Assembly: GCA_964358765.1 (NCBI GenBank)
Contig: CAYHPN010000002.1
Location: 62,863-126,862, forward strand
DNA: 64,000 nt
Direction of reading: 5' to 3'
Origin: Candidatus Woesearchaeota archaeon
Lineage (GTDB): Archaea > Nanobdellota > Nanobdellia > Pacearchaeales > GW2011-AR1
In this document: positions 55,092 to 64,000 of the stretch, one piece after another
Position numbering within the stretch: the stretch's first letter is position 1
Layout of the letters: each line of letters starts with the position of its first letter
Made by a program: the position numbers and the translations under genes
Notes under the pieces: model-generated
Databases searched by the model: none
What the model was told of the DNA's origin: nothing
Seen by the model: the letters and a program-made list of their open reading frames with translations, nothing else

Positions 55092-56003
55092 ATGTTGATT
55101 AAAATATCCGCGGATTTAAAGAAAGAAGAAATATATGCGAATGGTGCTGAACTTGCAAATATTATGGGGATGGATAGGAAAAATGGAAAAAGAGTGATAA
55201 GTTATCCTTTGGAGAAAAGCGTATTTGTCCATTCTTTTAAGAATCCTGTACTTTTAACTGATAATTATAAAATATCCAAACTAAACCCTACAAAGAGAGA
55301 TACACTATTTTCATTATTTTCTGGAAGACCAAGAATTGTTGAATATGATGGAGTTAGCGTCATTGATAAGAGTTATCATCCTTCTGTATGGTGTCCTTCC
55401 ATTGATACTGTACTTTTTGCCCGAGGACTAAAAAAATTGTTTGCAAAGAGAAAGAAATTTAATAAAGTAATTGAAATTGGAACTGGATCTGGATTTTTAA
55501 GTAAGTTTATTTTAGAAAAGAATAAAGAAGTTAAGACAATTGTTGTAAATGATTTGAATAATTTTGCGGTAGATTGTGCAAAGGACAACATTAAAGATAA
55601 AAGAGCAATATTACATACTGGAGATGGAATTAAAAAATTAAATGTTGATAAATATGACTTAATTATATGCAACCCTCCTTATATCCCTAGACCTAAGAGC
55701 ATAGATGAGACTCCTTATGAAGGTGTTTCCTTGTTATATGATTTAATTCATAATTATAAAAAATACTTGAATAAAAATGGAATATTAATTACCAATATAT
55801 CGAGTTTATGTGAGAGTATTGTAATTGATAAGAGCTTAAAATTTAATGTAATTGATAAAATGGAAGTACCTCTGAAAGTAAATAATGTTCTGAATAATAA
55901 AAACTGGATAAAATACTTGGAAAGTAAGGGGTTAAAAAAGCAGTTTAAAGAAGGTTATGAATATTGGCAGACATTAAAGATTGTTGTACTAGAGAATAAT
56001 TAA
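55092..56003 (+). CDS. HemK/PrmC-like N5-glutamine (NPPY) methyltransferase
   Basis: Motif I VIEIGTGSGFL and motif IV ICNPPYIP. The ATG at 55092 is preferred over the TTG at 55077. Confidence 0.65.
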   Translation: MLIKISADLKKEEIYANGAELANIMGMDRKNGKRVISYPLEKSVFVHSFKNPVLLTDNYKISKLNPTKRDTLFSLFSGRPRIVEYDGVSVIDKSYHPSVWCPSIDTVLFARGLKKLFAKRKKFNKVIEIGTGSGFLSKFILEKNKEVKTIVVNDLNNFAVDCAKDNIKDKRAILHTGDGIKKLNVDKYDLIICNPPYIPRPKSIDETPYEGVSLLYDLIHNYKKYLNKNGILITNISSLCESIVIDKSLKFNVIDKMEVPLKVNNVLNNKNWIKYLESKGLKKQFKEGYEYWQTLKIVVLENN

Positions 56004-56058
56004 TAATTAGTAGTAACAATTTAGAAACATTTATAAACGATTTTTATAGTTTTTAAAA

Positions 56059-56982
56059 ATGGAAGATTTATCTTACTTGACCAAAATGCGAAGATTACGT
56101 GGAAGTGATGAAGGTATCAAGATAATTGGAGATAGAGAAAATCTAGATAATATATTAAAAAATTTATCAAATCACTCAAGAGATGAACTTCTTGGAGAAA
56201 TGATGTCTTGTTATTGCGGCGAGAGGTATGGAGACAATAACTGGAAAAGTTTTGATGGAGGATGGACAACACCTAAAGTTCCTACAATTTACGGAGAATT
56301 TTGTGATAAATATAAACATTTAAATCAATTAGGTCTGGATGCTGGTTTTATTACTCACCTTGAAGATTTTTTTAAATTTGTTAATGAAAATAATAGAGGT
56401 ATTGAGGATTATAATATAACAAGAAATAAATTTAAAGAACATATGGGAGAAAGAGTTGTTTGGAGAGGAATGATATTAACTGAGGAAGAATTGGAAGAAG
56501 TAAAAAATAATGGAATTGCATCTGATTATTTTAGAAAATCTAAAGAAATTAATGAAAGAATCGAACATTTAGAAGCAGAGGTATTATCTGTATTTTTTTG
56601 GCAATTAATTGAAAAACACTTTCATGGAGAAAATTACCTTACGCCTTTAATATCTGTCTCGTCACATGAAGATGTTGCGATAGCAGTTGGAAAACATTTT
56701 GGAAGAAGAACAACGCAGAAAAAACAAAGTGATTTTTATATTTTTAAGATTAATATACCTGAAATGGATTTAATTTATTATACAGATCATGGAGTTACAA
56801 TTCCTTCAATTCAACAAAGATCAATTGATAGAGGAACCAAACTATCTATAGAAGTTAATGGAGTTGAAAAAGAGTATTCTTGGGATAGAAATACTGAGAG
56901 TTTTATTATGTATAAAATTAATCCTTGCGAAATTGCTGAGATAATAAAGCCAGAAATTAAAAGTTCTTCATGGAAAGGATAA
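56059..56982 (+). CDS. hypothetical protein, candidate R-S-E ADP-ribosyltransferase
   Basis: The ordered motifs VVWRGM (Arg), LISVSSHEDVA (S-x-S) and VEKEY / NTESFIMY (Glu) have spacings compatible with the R-S-E ART fold. This rests on pattern only. Confidence 0.3.
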   Translation: MEDLSYLTKMRRLRGSDEGIKIIGDRENLDNILKNLSNHSRDELLGEMMSCYCGERYGDNNWKSFDGGWTTPKVPTIYGEFCDKYKHLNQLGLDAGFITHLEDFFKFVNENNRGIEDYNITRNKFKEHMGERVVWRGMILTEEELEEVKNNGIASDYFRKSKEINERIEHLEAEVLSVFFWQLIEKHFHGENYLTPLISVSSHEDVAIAVGKHFGRRTTQKKQSDFYIFKINIPEMDLIYYTDHGVTIPSIQQRSIDRGTKLSIEVNGVEKEYSWDRNTESFIMYKINPCEIAEIIKPEIKSSSWKG

Positions 56983-57022
56983 ATTTCTAAAACTTTAAAT
57001 ATCTTGCTGTTTAATTAAAGCC

Positions 57023-57691
57023 ATGAAAGATAATCACCAAAGACCTTCAGTTACTGTTGATATAGTTATATTTAGTATTAGAGAGGATGAATTGCAAGTA
57101 CTTTTAGTTAGGAGAGACATTGATCCTTTCAAGGAAAAATGGGCGTTACCAGGAGGATTTGTAAAAATAGAAGAGAACTTGGAAGAAGCTGCAACAAGAG
57201 AATTAAGAGAAGAGACTGGAGTGAAAGATGTTTATCTTGAACAATTGTATACTTTTGGAGATGTAAAAAGAGATCCAAGAGAAAGAGTAATTACTATTGC
57301 TTATATGGCTTTAATTAATTCTGAAAATATTAAGGTGGAAGGAAAGACAGATGTTTCTGACGCTAGATGGTTTGCAATAAAAAAACTGCCATTACTGGCA
57401 TTTGATCATAAAAAAATAATAGAATATTCTCTTAAACGACTGATGTGGAAATTCGAGTATACTTCTGTTGCATTTTCACTATTACCAAAAGAGTTTACCA
57501 TCAGCAAAGTTCAAAAGATTTATGAAATAGTTTTTGATAAAATATTTGATAAGAGAAATTTTGCTAAAAAATTATTGTCTTTAAATGTATTGGAAGAAAA
57601 AGGAATTAAAAAAGACGTTTCACATAGACCTCCCATGCTCTATTCGATAAAAAAGAACATACCCAAGATAATTGAAATTTTGAAAGTTTAA
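57023..57691 (+). CDS. nrtR: NrtR-family regulator (Nudix domain + C-terminal winged helix)
   Basis: Nudix box LPGGFVKIEENLEEAATRELREETGV followed by LAFDHKKIIEYSLKRLMWKFEYTSVAFSLLPKEFTISKVQKIYEIVFDKIFDKRNFAKKLL, the architecture described for NrtR. Confidence 0.8.
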   Translation: MKDNHQRPSVTVDIVIFSIREDELQVLLVRRDIDPFKEKWALPGGFVKIEENLEEAATRELREETGVKDVYLEQLYTFGDVKRDPRERVITIAYMALINSENIKVEGKTDVSDARWFAIKKLPLLAFDHKKIIEYSLKRLMWKFEYTSVAFSLLPKEFTISKVQKIYEIVFDKIFDKRNFAKKLLSLNVLEEKGIKKDVSHRPPMLYSIKKNIPKIIEILKV

Positions 57692-57756
57692 GTTTGCTTT
57701 TGATACATTTAAATATTAATTTGAATTTTTAATTATTAATAAAAAGGAGGGGAAAT

Positions 57757-60552
57757 GTGGCAGAATTTTATAATTATAAAGAAAGTGAACTAATTGAACA
57801 TTTTAAGAGTAATAAAGATCAGGGTTTAGATGAAAACCAAGTAAAAAGTAGACAATCTACATATGGATACAATGAACTTAAGGAAAAAGATAAATTAAGT
57901 AGACTTGCGATCTTCATCTCACAATTTAAAAGTTTTATTATTTACATATTAATTTTTGCACTTATAATATCTATTTTTATTTCTGAGTATATTGATTCTA
58001 TTGTTATTTTTATTATATTAATATTGAATGCGATACTGGGTTTTATACAAGAATATAGAGCTGAGAAAGCAATTGCTGCATTAAAAAAACTCAGTGCATT
58101 AAAAGCAAGAGTTATAAGAAGCGGGCATATAATCTTAATTGAAACTAAAGAAATTGTTCCAGGAGATATTTTGCTTATTGAAGAGGGGACAAAAATATCT
58201 GCAGATGGAAGGATAATTGAAAGCTCTATGCTAGAAACTCTTGAATCTTCATTGACCGGAGAGTCTAATCCGATTGTTAAAATATCTAATGAACTTAAAG
58301 GAGATATTGCTCTAGCAGAAAGAAAAAATATGGTTTATTCTGGAACGATAGTTAGTAAGGGAAGAGCTAGAATCATTGTAACAGCAACAGGCATGAATAC
58401 GGAAATAGGAAAAATTGCCGGTTTGATAAGCGAAGTAAAAAAAGAGTCAACACCATTACAGAAGAAACTAGAAAAATTAGGAAAAGCATTTGGTTTTGGA
58501 ACCATAATTATTGCAATTGTTATCTTGATTATTGGAATTGTAAAAGAAAATCTATTTGATTTTATTATAAGAGGAGATATCTTGGGATTTTTGACTGGAT
58601 CTGAAAAGTGGCTTGTAACTGCTGTCGCATTGGCAGTTGCCGCAGTTCCTGAAGGATTGCCTGCAATTGTTACGATTACTTTGGCTATTGGAACAAAGAA
58701 AATGTTAAAGAAAAATGCACTAATAAGGAAGCTTCCAAGTGTTGAAACACTTGGAGATGTAACTGTAATATGCTCTGATAAGACCGGAACTCTAACTGAA
58801 AATAAGATGACTGTAAGAAAAGCTTATGTAAGTGGAAAAGAAATAGACATAAGTGGGAATGGATATAGTTTAGAAGGTGAACTAAAATGCGAGAAAAAAA
58901 TTAATAAAGATGACTTAATGTTGTTTAAAATTGGAATCTTATGCAATAATTCTGGATTTATAGATAATTCTAGCAGGGATAAGACAATTTTACCAGAATT
59001 CTCTAATAAAACAATTTCGAACGAGAATCATATAACTCACGAAATTGTTTATGAGAAGAAAGAAGATAAAATAGAAGTTATTGGAGATCCTACTGAAGCA
59101 GCATTATTAATAAGCGCTACAAAAGCTGGATTAAATTATGATGAACTAACAAATTACTGGAAGAGAACAAAAGAAATCCCATTTGACTCTATCAAAAAAT
59201 TAATGAGCACAATAAATGTTGAGGAAAAAACTCATAAAAACTATTTGTTTTCAAAGGGAGCTCCTGAAAGAATATTAGAAAGATGCAATAAAATTTATGT
59301 GAATGGCAAGGTTAGAAATATTACTAAAAAAGATATTGAGGAACTCATTCATAAGAATGAAGAATTTTCAAAACAATCTCTAAGGGTGCTTGGTTTTGCT
59401 TATAAGGAAGTAAAGACTTATAAAAATCTAGATAATATAGATGAAAATTTGATTTTTGTCGGTTTACAAGGAATGATAGATCCTCCTAGAACAGAAGTTA
59501 AAATATCAATTGAAAAATGCAAAGAGGCAGGAATCAGAATTATAATGATAACTGGAGACAATGTTCATACAGCTGAGAGTATTGCAAAGGAAATTGGGAT
59601 TAATGGAACGTCTATTAATGGAAGTGATTTTGCAAATTTAAGCGAAGATAGGCAAATTCTGGTTTTGGAGAATACAAACATATTTGCAAGAGTAGAACCA
59701 GCACATAAGATGACTATAGTTAATCTTCTGCAGAAAAGAGGAGAGATAGTTGCTATGACTGGAGATGGAGTTAATGATGCTCCTGCAATAAAAAAAGCAG
59801 ATATAGGAATTGCTATGGGTTTAACTGGAACTGATGTAACAAAAGAAACAAGCGATATGATACTGGAAGACGACAACTTTTCTACAATTGTAAATGCTAT
59901 AGAAGAAGGTAGAGGAATAAAAGAAAACATAAGAAAATTTGTAAATTATCTTTTATCGAGTAATTTAGCTGAAGTTATGATAATCTTCTTTGCTTTATTG
60001 TTCTCTTGGCCATTGCCAATGACTGCAGTCATGTTGTTATGGATGAATCTTGTTACTGATGGATTACCTGCTTTGGCACTGGGAGTAGATGGAAATCCTC
60101 CAAATTTGATGAAAAAACCTGCTAAAAGAAGAAGTGGGATAATAGATAGGACAACTGGAATAAAAATAGCTTTTATGTCAATTCTAATGACTCTGGGGGT
60201 TTTAGCATTGTTTTATTTATCCATGAATAATTATTCAGAATTAGAAGGAGTTTTATTTCATGAAAAGATACAAACTATTGCATTTACAACTATTGTATTA
60301 ATGGAAATTGTAAGAATACAATCAATAAGAAATGAGTATAAACTTGGAATGTTTAGCAATAAGTACTTGATTATGGCGGTTTTATCTTCTATAATATTAC
60401 AGCTACTAGTTATTTATACTCCACTAAATATATTTTTTGGCACTACTATATTGAACTTAATTGATTGGGTGTATATCATGGGGGCAGTAATTGCTGTATT
60501 CATAATGAATGGAATTGGTTTATTAGTAATAAAGAAATTTGATAGGGGTTAA
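57757..60552 (+). CDS. P-type cation-transporting ATPase (Ca2+-ATPase-like, P2 type)
   Basis: CSDKTGTLTENKM, MITGDN and MTGDGVNDAPAIKKADIGIAMG motifs. It has a GTG start with an AGGAGGGG RBS. Confidence 0.85.
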   Translation: MAEFYNYKESELIEHFKSNKDQGLDENQVKSRQSTYGYNELKEKDKLSRLAIFISQFKSFIIYILIFALIISIFISEYIDSIVIFIILILNAILGFIQEYRAEKAIAALKKLSALKARVIRSGHIILIETKEIVPGDILLIEEGTKISADGRIIESSMLETLESSLTGESNPIVKISNELKGDIALAERKNMVYSGTIVSKGRARIIVTATGMNTEIGKIAGLISEVKKESTPLQKKLEKLGKAFGFGTIIIAIVILIIGIVKENLFDFIIRGDILGFLTGSEKWLVTAVALAVAAVPEGLPAIVTITLAIGTKKMLKKNALIRKLPSVETLGDVTVICSDKTGTLTENKMTVRKAYVSGKEIDISGNGYSLEGELKCEKKINKDDLMLFKIGILCNNSGFIDNSSRDKTILPEFSNKTISNENHITHEIVYEKKEDKIEVIGDPTEAALLISATKAGLNYDELTNYWKRTKEIPFDSIKKLMSTINVEEKTHKNYLFSKGAPERILERCNKIYVNGKVRNITKKDIEELIHKNEEFSKQSLRVLGFAYKEVKTYKNLDNIDENLIFVGLQGMIDPPRTEVKISIEKCKEAGIRIIMITGDNVHTAESIAKEIGINGTSINGSDFANLSEDRQILVLENTNIFARVEPAHKMTIVNLLQKRGEIVAMTGDGVNDAPAIKKADIGIAMGLTGTDVTKETSDMILEDDNFSTIVNAIEEGRGIKENIRKFVNYLLSSNLAEVMIIFFALLFSWPLPMTAVMLLWMNLVTDGLPALALGVDGNPPNLMKKPAKRRSGIIDRTTGIKIAFMSILMTLGVLALFYLSMNNYSELEGVLFHEKIQTIAFTTIVLMEIVRIQSIRNEYKLGMFSNKYLIMAVLSSIILQLLVIYTPLNIFFGTTILNLIDWVYIMGAVIAVFIMNGIGLLVIKKFDRG

Positions 60553-61082
60553 ATCGTTTTAAACAAATCATTATATTTCTTTGAAAGTTGCCTGATTGCA
60601 TCTGGTTCATTCCAATACTTTATCTCGCCCCTAAAACAGGGGTCTGCTTTTATTATTCTTTCTGTATTAATGCTAAACGGGTTAATATCTGCAGAATAAA
60701 ACAATATAAAAGGTCTAGAGTTTAAATATGTGGAATCAAACATCTTCTGTATTTCTGGTGTAACGGAAGAAAGATGAACTAGCACTCCTTTTGTTCTTGG
60801 AATTGCCTCTCTTACTGTAAAAATAACTGTATCTTCCATCGTATGCCTATTAGCCTCAACATCCTTATGAGGAGAATAAATTCTTAAATTTTTTTCATTT
60901 TCAAACGTATCAAAAATATCATTATAAAGAGGATAATTATCTCCTGCATTTGGTTGGCAGGCAAGTACTAAGTCGAATCTATTTCCAGTTATTGTCTGCA
61001 TAGGAGAAAGTTTTGTTCTTTGTGGGACATTTAATTGCAATTGAGAGAGAGTTGGAAGATCTCTTTGTTTTATAGCAGGCAT
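60549..61082 (-). CDS. hypothetical protein
   Basis: 177 aa, convergent with the ATPase gene with a 4-nt overlap. I recognised no motif. Confidence 0.4.
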   Translation of the reverse strand: MPAIKQRDLPTLSQLQLNVPQRTKLSPMQTITGNRFDLVLACQPNAGDNYPLYNDIFDTFENEKNLRIYSPHKDVEANRHTMEDTVIFTVREAIPRTKGVLVHLSSVTPEIQKMFDSTYLNSRPFILFYSADINPFSINTERIIKADPCFRGEIKYWNEPDAIRQLSKKYNDLFKTI

Positions 61083-61253
61083 ATAAATTTGATATTTTTA
61101 CAGTATAAAAAGATTATCAATTTTTGTATCAACTCAGCTTTGTGAAGCTTTGTTGGGAAATTAGCTGCAAATTCCAAAGTTAATTCGGAATTCATAGAAG
61201 ATTAATTTAAAATTTACTTCATAAAGTAAGCAAATACCAATTTTTATTATAAG

Positions 61254-61472
61254 TTAATGAATATCTGAATAAATGACTTCAGCTTCGACTGGTGGAATAT
61301 CTTTCTTTTCCTCTAGGTTAGTGGAGGGGTTTTCGGGGTTTTTTTGAACAATAACATGACCTGTTGTTGAACTGTTTAGTACTAAATTAAAATAAAATAT
61401 TCCTGAGAGTAGTATTAAAACTATTAAAGTTAAAATTATTACAGTCAACCATACTATTTCACTTCTTTTCAT
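61254..61472 (-). CDS. small single-pass membrane protein
   Basis: 72 aa with the N-terminal TM helix IVWLTVIILTLIVLILLSGIFYF. Confidence 0.35.
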   Translation of the reverse strand: MKRSEIVWLTVIILTLIVLILLSGIFYFNLVLNSSTTGHVIVQKNPENPSTNLEEKKDIPPVEAEVIYSDIH

Positions 61473-61553
61473 AAGATATCTAAGTTTTAGAGATATTTAA
61501 AGATTATTGAATTTTTGAAGTAATTTTAAATACCTCCTTCATTTTAATGATAT

Positions 61554-62360
61554 ATGATAAGGATTGCAGATGTATTATTAAATCCAAAAAGAGCAAAAAG
61601 GCACTCAATTGAACTTATATTAATTGCATTCGTTTATACCTCTTTATCTATGTTTTTAGGATATTGGATTTTTCCTGAATATTCATCTTTATTTAGCATA
61701 TTTTTCAGTGTTATCTCGTGTGTTTATGTTGTGCAAGGCATTTTAATTGTTGAAGAAAAAAGAGAAAGGGACTTTGATGATGAATTCATTATCTTAAAAA
61801 AACATATGAGGACATTGAAATTTTTGATAGTATTATTTTTCGGTTTTTTATTAGCTTATGTTTTTTGGACAATAGTTTTGCCAGAACGAATTGGAGTAGA
61901 GATATTTAGCATACAAAAAACTGAGATTGAAAACATCAGATCTATTACGGGAAGCGCAATAAATCCTGATAATTTTACAATTATTTTGTATAATAATTTT
62001 AGAGTGCTTGTTTTTTCTTTAATATTGGCTTTGTTTTATGGGGCTGGATCGATATTTATTTTAGTTTGGAATGCTAGTATAATGGGTTTTGTAATAGGCA
62101 CTCTAGCAAGAAATGTTGTTGGTCTTGCCTCTTTACCTCAAGTATTTCTAAAATATTTTATTCATGGCCTCCCTGAAATGATCGCTTATTTTATTGTTGC
62201 TTTGGTCGGGGGAATATTATTTATAGAAATTATTAAAGGAGATTTTGTTAAAGGTAAAGTTAAAAGAACTTTTATAGATATCTTCTTCCTTTTAATCATT
62301 GCAATATTCTTATTAGTTCTTGCTGCACTGCTAGAAACCTATGTTTCTCCTTTGATATAA
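61554..62360 (+). CDS. SpoIIM-like (DUF95) membrane protein
   Basis: IFILVWNASIMGFVIG and FIHGLPEMIAYFIVALVGG are typical of stage II sporulation protein M-family proteins. Confidence 0.55.
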   Translation: MIRIADVLLNPKRAKRHSIELILIAFVYTSLSMFLGYWIFPEYSSLFSIFFSVISCVYVVQGILIVEEKRERDFDDEFIILKKHMRTLKFLIVLFFGFLLAYVFWTIVLPERIGVEIFSIQKTEIENIRSITGSAINPDNFTIILYNNFRVLVFSLILALFYGAGSIFILVWNASIMGFVIGTLARNVVGLASLPQVFLKYFIHGLPEMIAYFIVALVGGILFIEIIKGDFVKGKVKRTFIDIFFLLIIAIFLLVLAALLETYVSPLI

Positions 62361-62361
62361 T

Positions 62362-62502
62362 GTAAATTATAACGAAAATAATTTCTATTGGAAATATAGT
62401 TATTTTGTTCAAAGTAAATTTGTTCAAAATAAGAATTTAGGCAACACTTGCTTTTGACTAAATTACTAAATGTACCTCTGCACCCTGCCCGAAGGGCATT
62501 AT
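62362..62502 (+). repeat. family C structured element
   Basis: It aligns over about 140 nt to 24282-24420, including the identical 3' block CTGCACCCTGCCCGAAGGGCATTAT. Confidence 0.65.
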
Positions 62503-62525
62503 CTTGATTTGAATACTAATAATGA

Positions 62526-63599
62526 TTACATATCTTGTTCGGCCTTAGTTTTTTCTTCCATTCTTGAAAGAGCTAGGAAATATATTCCATAAAATAAGAA
62601 AAATATTCCTAGTAGAGAAATTGCAAAGACTATATTTATGGACAATCCAACCTCTTGCAAGTCCTTAAATGAAGCTAGAAAATTAAAACCTATTATTGTA
62701 AAAGACAAAGCTTTTATAAATTTCCCCCCCATTAATAATAAAATTAAGGAAAAAATTACTGGAACTACCGGGCCAGCGAGTGAGATAAATAGTTTTCCAG
62801 ATAAATCGTCGCATAATATCTCAGAATAAGGATATGATCTTTTCTCATAGAATATTGAGCGAGCATCACAATCATAGAACCTTGAAACAGAAACATGACT
62901 GAATTCGTGCATGCCTAAAGTGGAAATTAAAACCAGATTAGATATAGCAATTATATAAATTAGATACTTTATGAACAAGATAATTCTTGGCTCATCTTTA
63001 TGTATAAAATTTAGGGATTTTATCTTTTTATCTTTATTGTTCTGCAAAAAATAATATATAAAAAATATAAATGCTAAATTTGATATCAATATATAGTATA
63101 GAAAGTCTCCAATGTTAAACAAATATAAAAACTGAAAAATTAAAGATAATGAAGAGTATAATATTCCAGCATACGCAACTTTTCTCTCCTCCGGATGATT
63201 AATATAATTTATTGATAAAATCAACGTTAAGATTAAAGATATAGAACTTAGAAAAACTGTAAAATTACCTATATAAAAAGAGAAAAATATTAAAAAATAA
63301 GAACATAAATATAACAAATTTAATTTTTTATGGTATGAGTTATTTATTTTGTAAAGAGCAAATGTCTGCACTAGTAATATTATTGAATACATTAAAATAA
63401 AATCAAGATTAGAATATGGAAAAATTTTGAAAACCCATAAAAGTGAGAAGATTAAAAAGAATAGATAACAGCCTAAAATTAAATAAAATCCTTTTGTATA
63501 AATTGTCAATTTTTTATTTAAACTTTTTAATATAAAATGAGATAAAATTACAGTAATAATTAAAGCAGGGATAATATTTAAGATATATGTTGTTTCCAT
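62526..63599 (-). CDS. polytopic membrane protein with an HExxH motif (possible membrane metalloprotease)
   Basis: 357 aa with at least 8 TM helices and MHEFSHV between helices. Confidence 0.4.
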   Translation of the reverse strand: METTYILNIIPALIITVILSHFILKSLNKKLTIYTKGFYLILGCYLFFLIFSLLWVFKIFPYSNLDFILMYSIILLVQTFALYKINNSYHKKLNLLYLCSYFLIFFSFYIGNFTVFLSSISLILTLILSINYINHPEERKVAYAGILYSSLSLIFQFLYLFNIGDFLYYILISNLAFIFFIYYFLQNNKDKKIKSLNFIHKDEPRIILFIKYLIYIIAISNLVLISTLGMHEFSHVSVSRFYDCDARSIFYEKRSYPYSEILCDDLSGKLFISLAGPVVPVIFSLILLLMGGKFIKALSFTIIGFNFLASFKDLQEVGLSINIVFAISLLGIFFLFYGIYFLALSRMEEKTKAEQDM

Positions 63600-63670
63600 G
63601 TTGTTATAATACTAGTTAATACTATAAATACGTTTTTATAATTAAAATTTAATGATTTTTTTATAATTAG

Positions 63671-63925
63671 GTGAAAGCTCCCCACAGCAAGCTATGGGGC
63701 ATCTAAATGTCAAGGATTTTTTGAATAAATTCAAGAGAATTTTAGATATCCTTGAACATGCTCGAGAATTGAAACTAAAAAAGATTAAACAATTCTCTAC
63801 ATGTTAACTGATTACAACTTATTGCCTTGGCGTTTATTTAATTTAAACATTCTACATTGCATCTTTTATTTTATTCACATTCGTGGTTTAATCCCCAAGG
63901 CTAGCCTTGGGGTATTACTGATAAT
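63671..63925 (+). repeat. full-length composite element (5' hairpin + family A module + family B module)
   Basis: GTGAAAGCTCCCCAcagcaagctaTGGGGC hairpin, then CCTTGAACATGCTCGAGAATTG...CAATTCTCTACAT (A module), then TGATTACAA, CTACATTGCAT and the CCCCAAGGctagCCTTGGGG hairpin (B module). Confidence 0.55.
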
Positions 63926-64000
63926 AAAAAAGATTGAGAATTCAATAAATTTTTAAAATAAAAAAATAAAATAAAAATTACTGAATCTCTACAAAGAAGA

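Noticed and set aside
63671-63720. Resemblance of GGTGAAAGCTCCCCACAGCAAGCTATGGGGC to the P10-P12 region of RNase P RNA
   Set aside because: No CR-I (GAGGAAAGUCC) or CR-V-like blocks are nearby. The same 5' block is also repeated at 45101 and 54915, which does not fit a single-copy RNase P gene.
24121-63925. Repeat families A, B and C as a CRISPR array or CRISPR leader
   Set aside because: The copies are tens of kb apart and differ in length and orientation, with no regular repeat-spacer periodicity. No cas genes are present.
1-64000. tRNA, rRNA or other canonical RNA genes
   Set aside because: By eye I found no cloverleaf-compatible GC-rich ~75-nt segment (for example a GGTTCGAATCC-type T-arm) and no rRNA-like conserved blocks. 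A tRNAscan or Infernal run would be needed to be certain.

Overview
Strongly AT-rich prokaryotic window that is densely coding. BRE/TATA-like promoter boxes (AAAGTTTATATA), some leaderless starts, a TrmB regulator and a NadM-type NMNAT favour a small-genome archaeon (DPANN-like), but a CPR bacterium cannot be excluded from sequence alone. I saw no rRNA, tRNA or CRISPR array. Four themes stand out. (1) A compact diversity-generating retroelement (DGR) lies on the minus strand at about 3.0-5.35 kb. It has a DGR-type reverse transcriptase and an 86-bp template repeat (TR). The matching variable repeat (VR) sits at the 3' end of a target gene, and 15 of the 16 TR/VR mismatches fall on TR adenines. 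A truncated second RT copy lies at 25 kb. (2) A roughly 22-kb co-directional NAD / ADP-ribose island spans 35.5-57.7 kb: pncB, pncA, nadA, nadE, prs, NMNATs, pnuC, nadR-like, nadK, two Nudix hydrolases, an ADP-ribosylglycohydrolase, an RlmN-like radical SAM, a kinase, a vWA protein and a pyruvate-kinase-like protein. An NrtR-type regulator is encoded at its end. Tandem 21-bp palindromic operators sit in an identical register over the TATA box and predicted transcription start site (TSS) of three operons. (3) Three families of repeated, apparently structured non-coding elements show compensatory stem changes, and one composite copy interrupts a PIN toxin gene. (4) The housekeeping 2-oxoacid (pyruvate) dehydrogenase genes E1a, E1b and E2 and lplA are scattered among accessory cassettes: the DGR, four toxin-antitoxin pairs and a giant FG-GAP surface protein with an ABC transporter. 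Several orphan operons are flagged (a TelA-like trio at 16.7-20.9 kb and a TrmB-linked five-gene operon at 31-34 kb). All functional calls rest on motifs read by eye; no database search was run.
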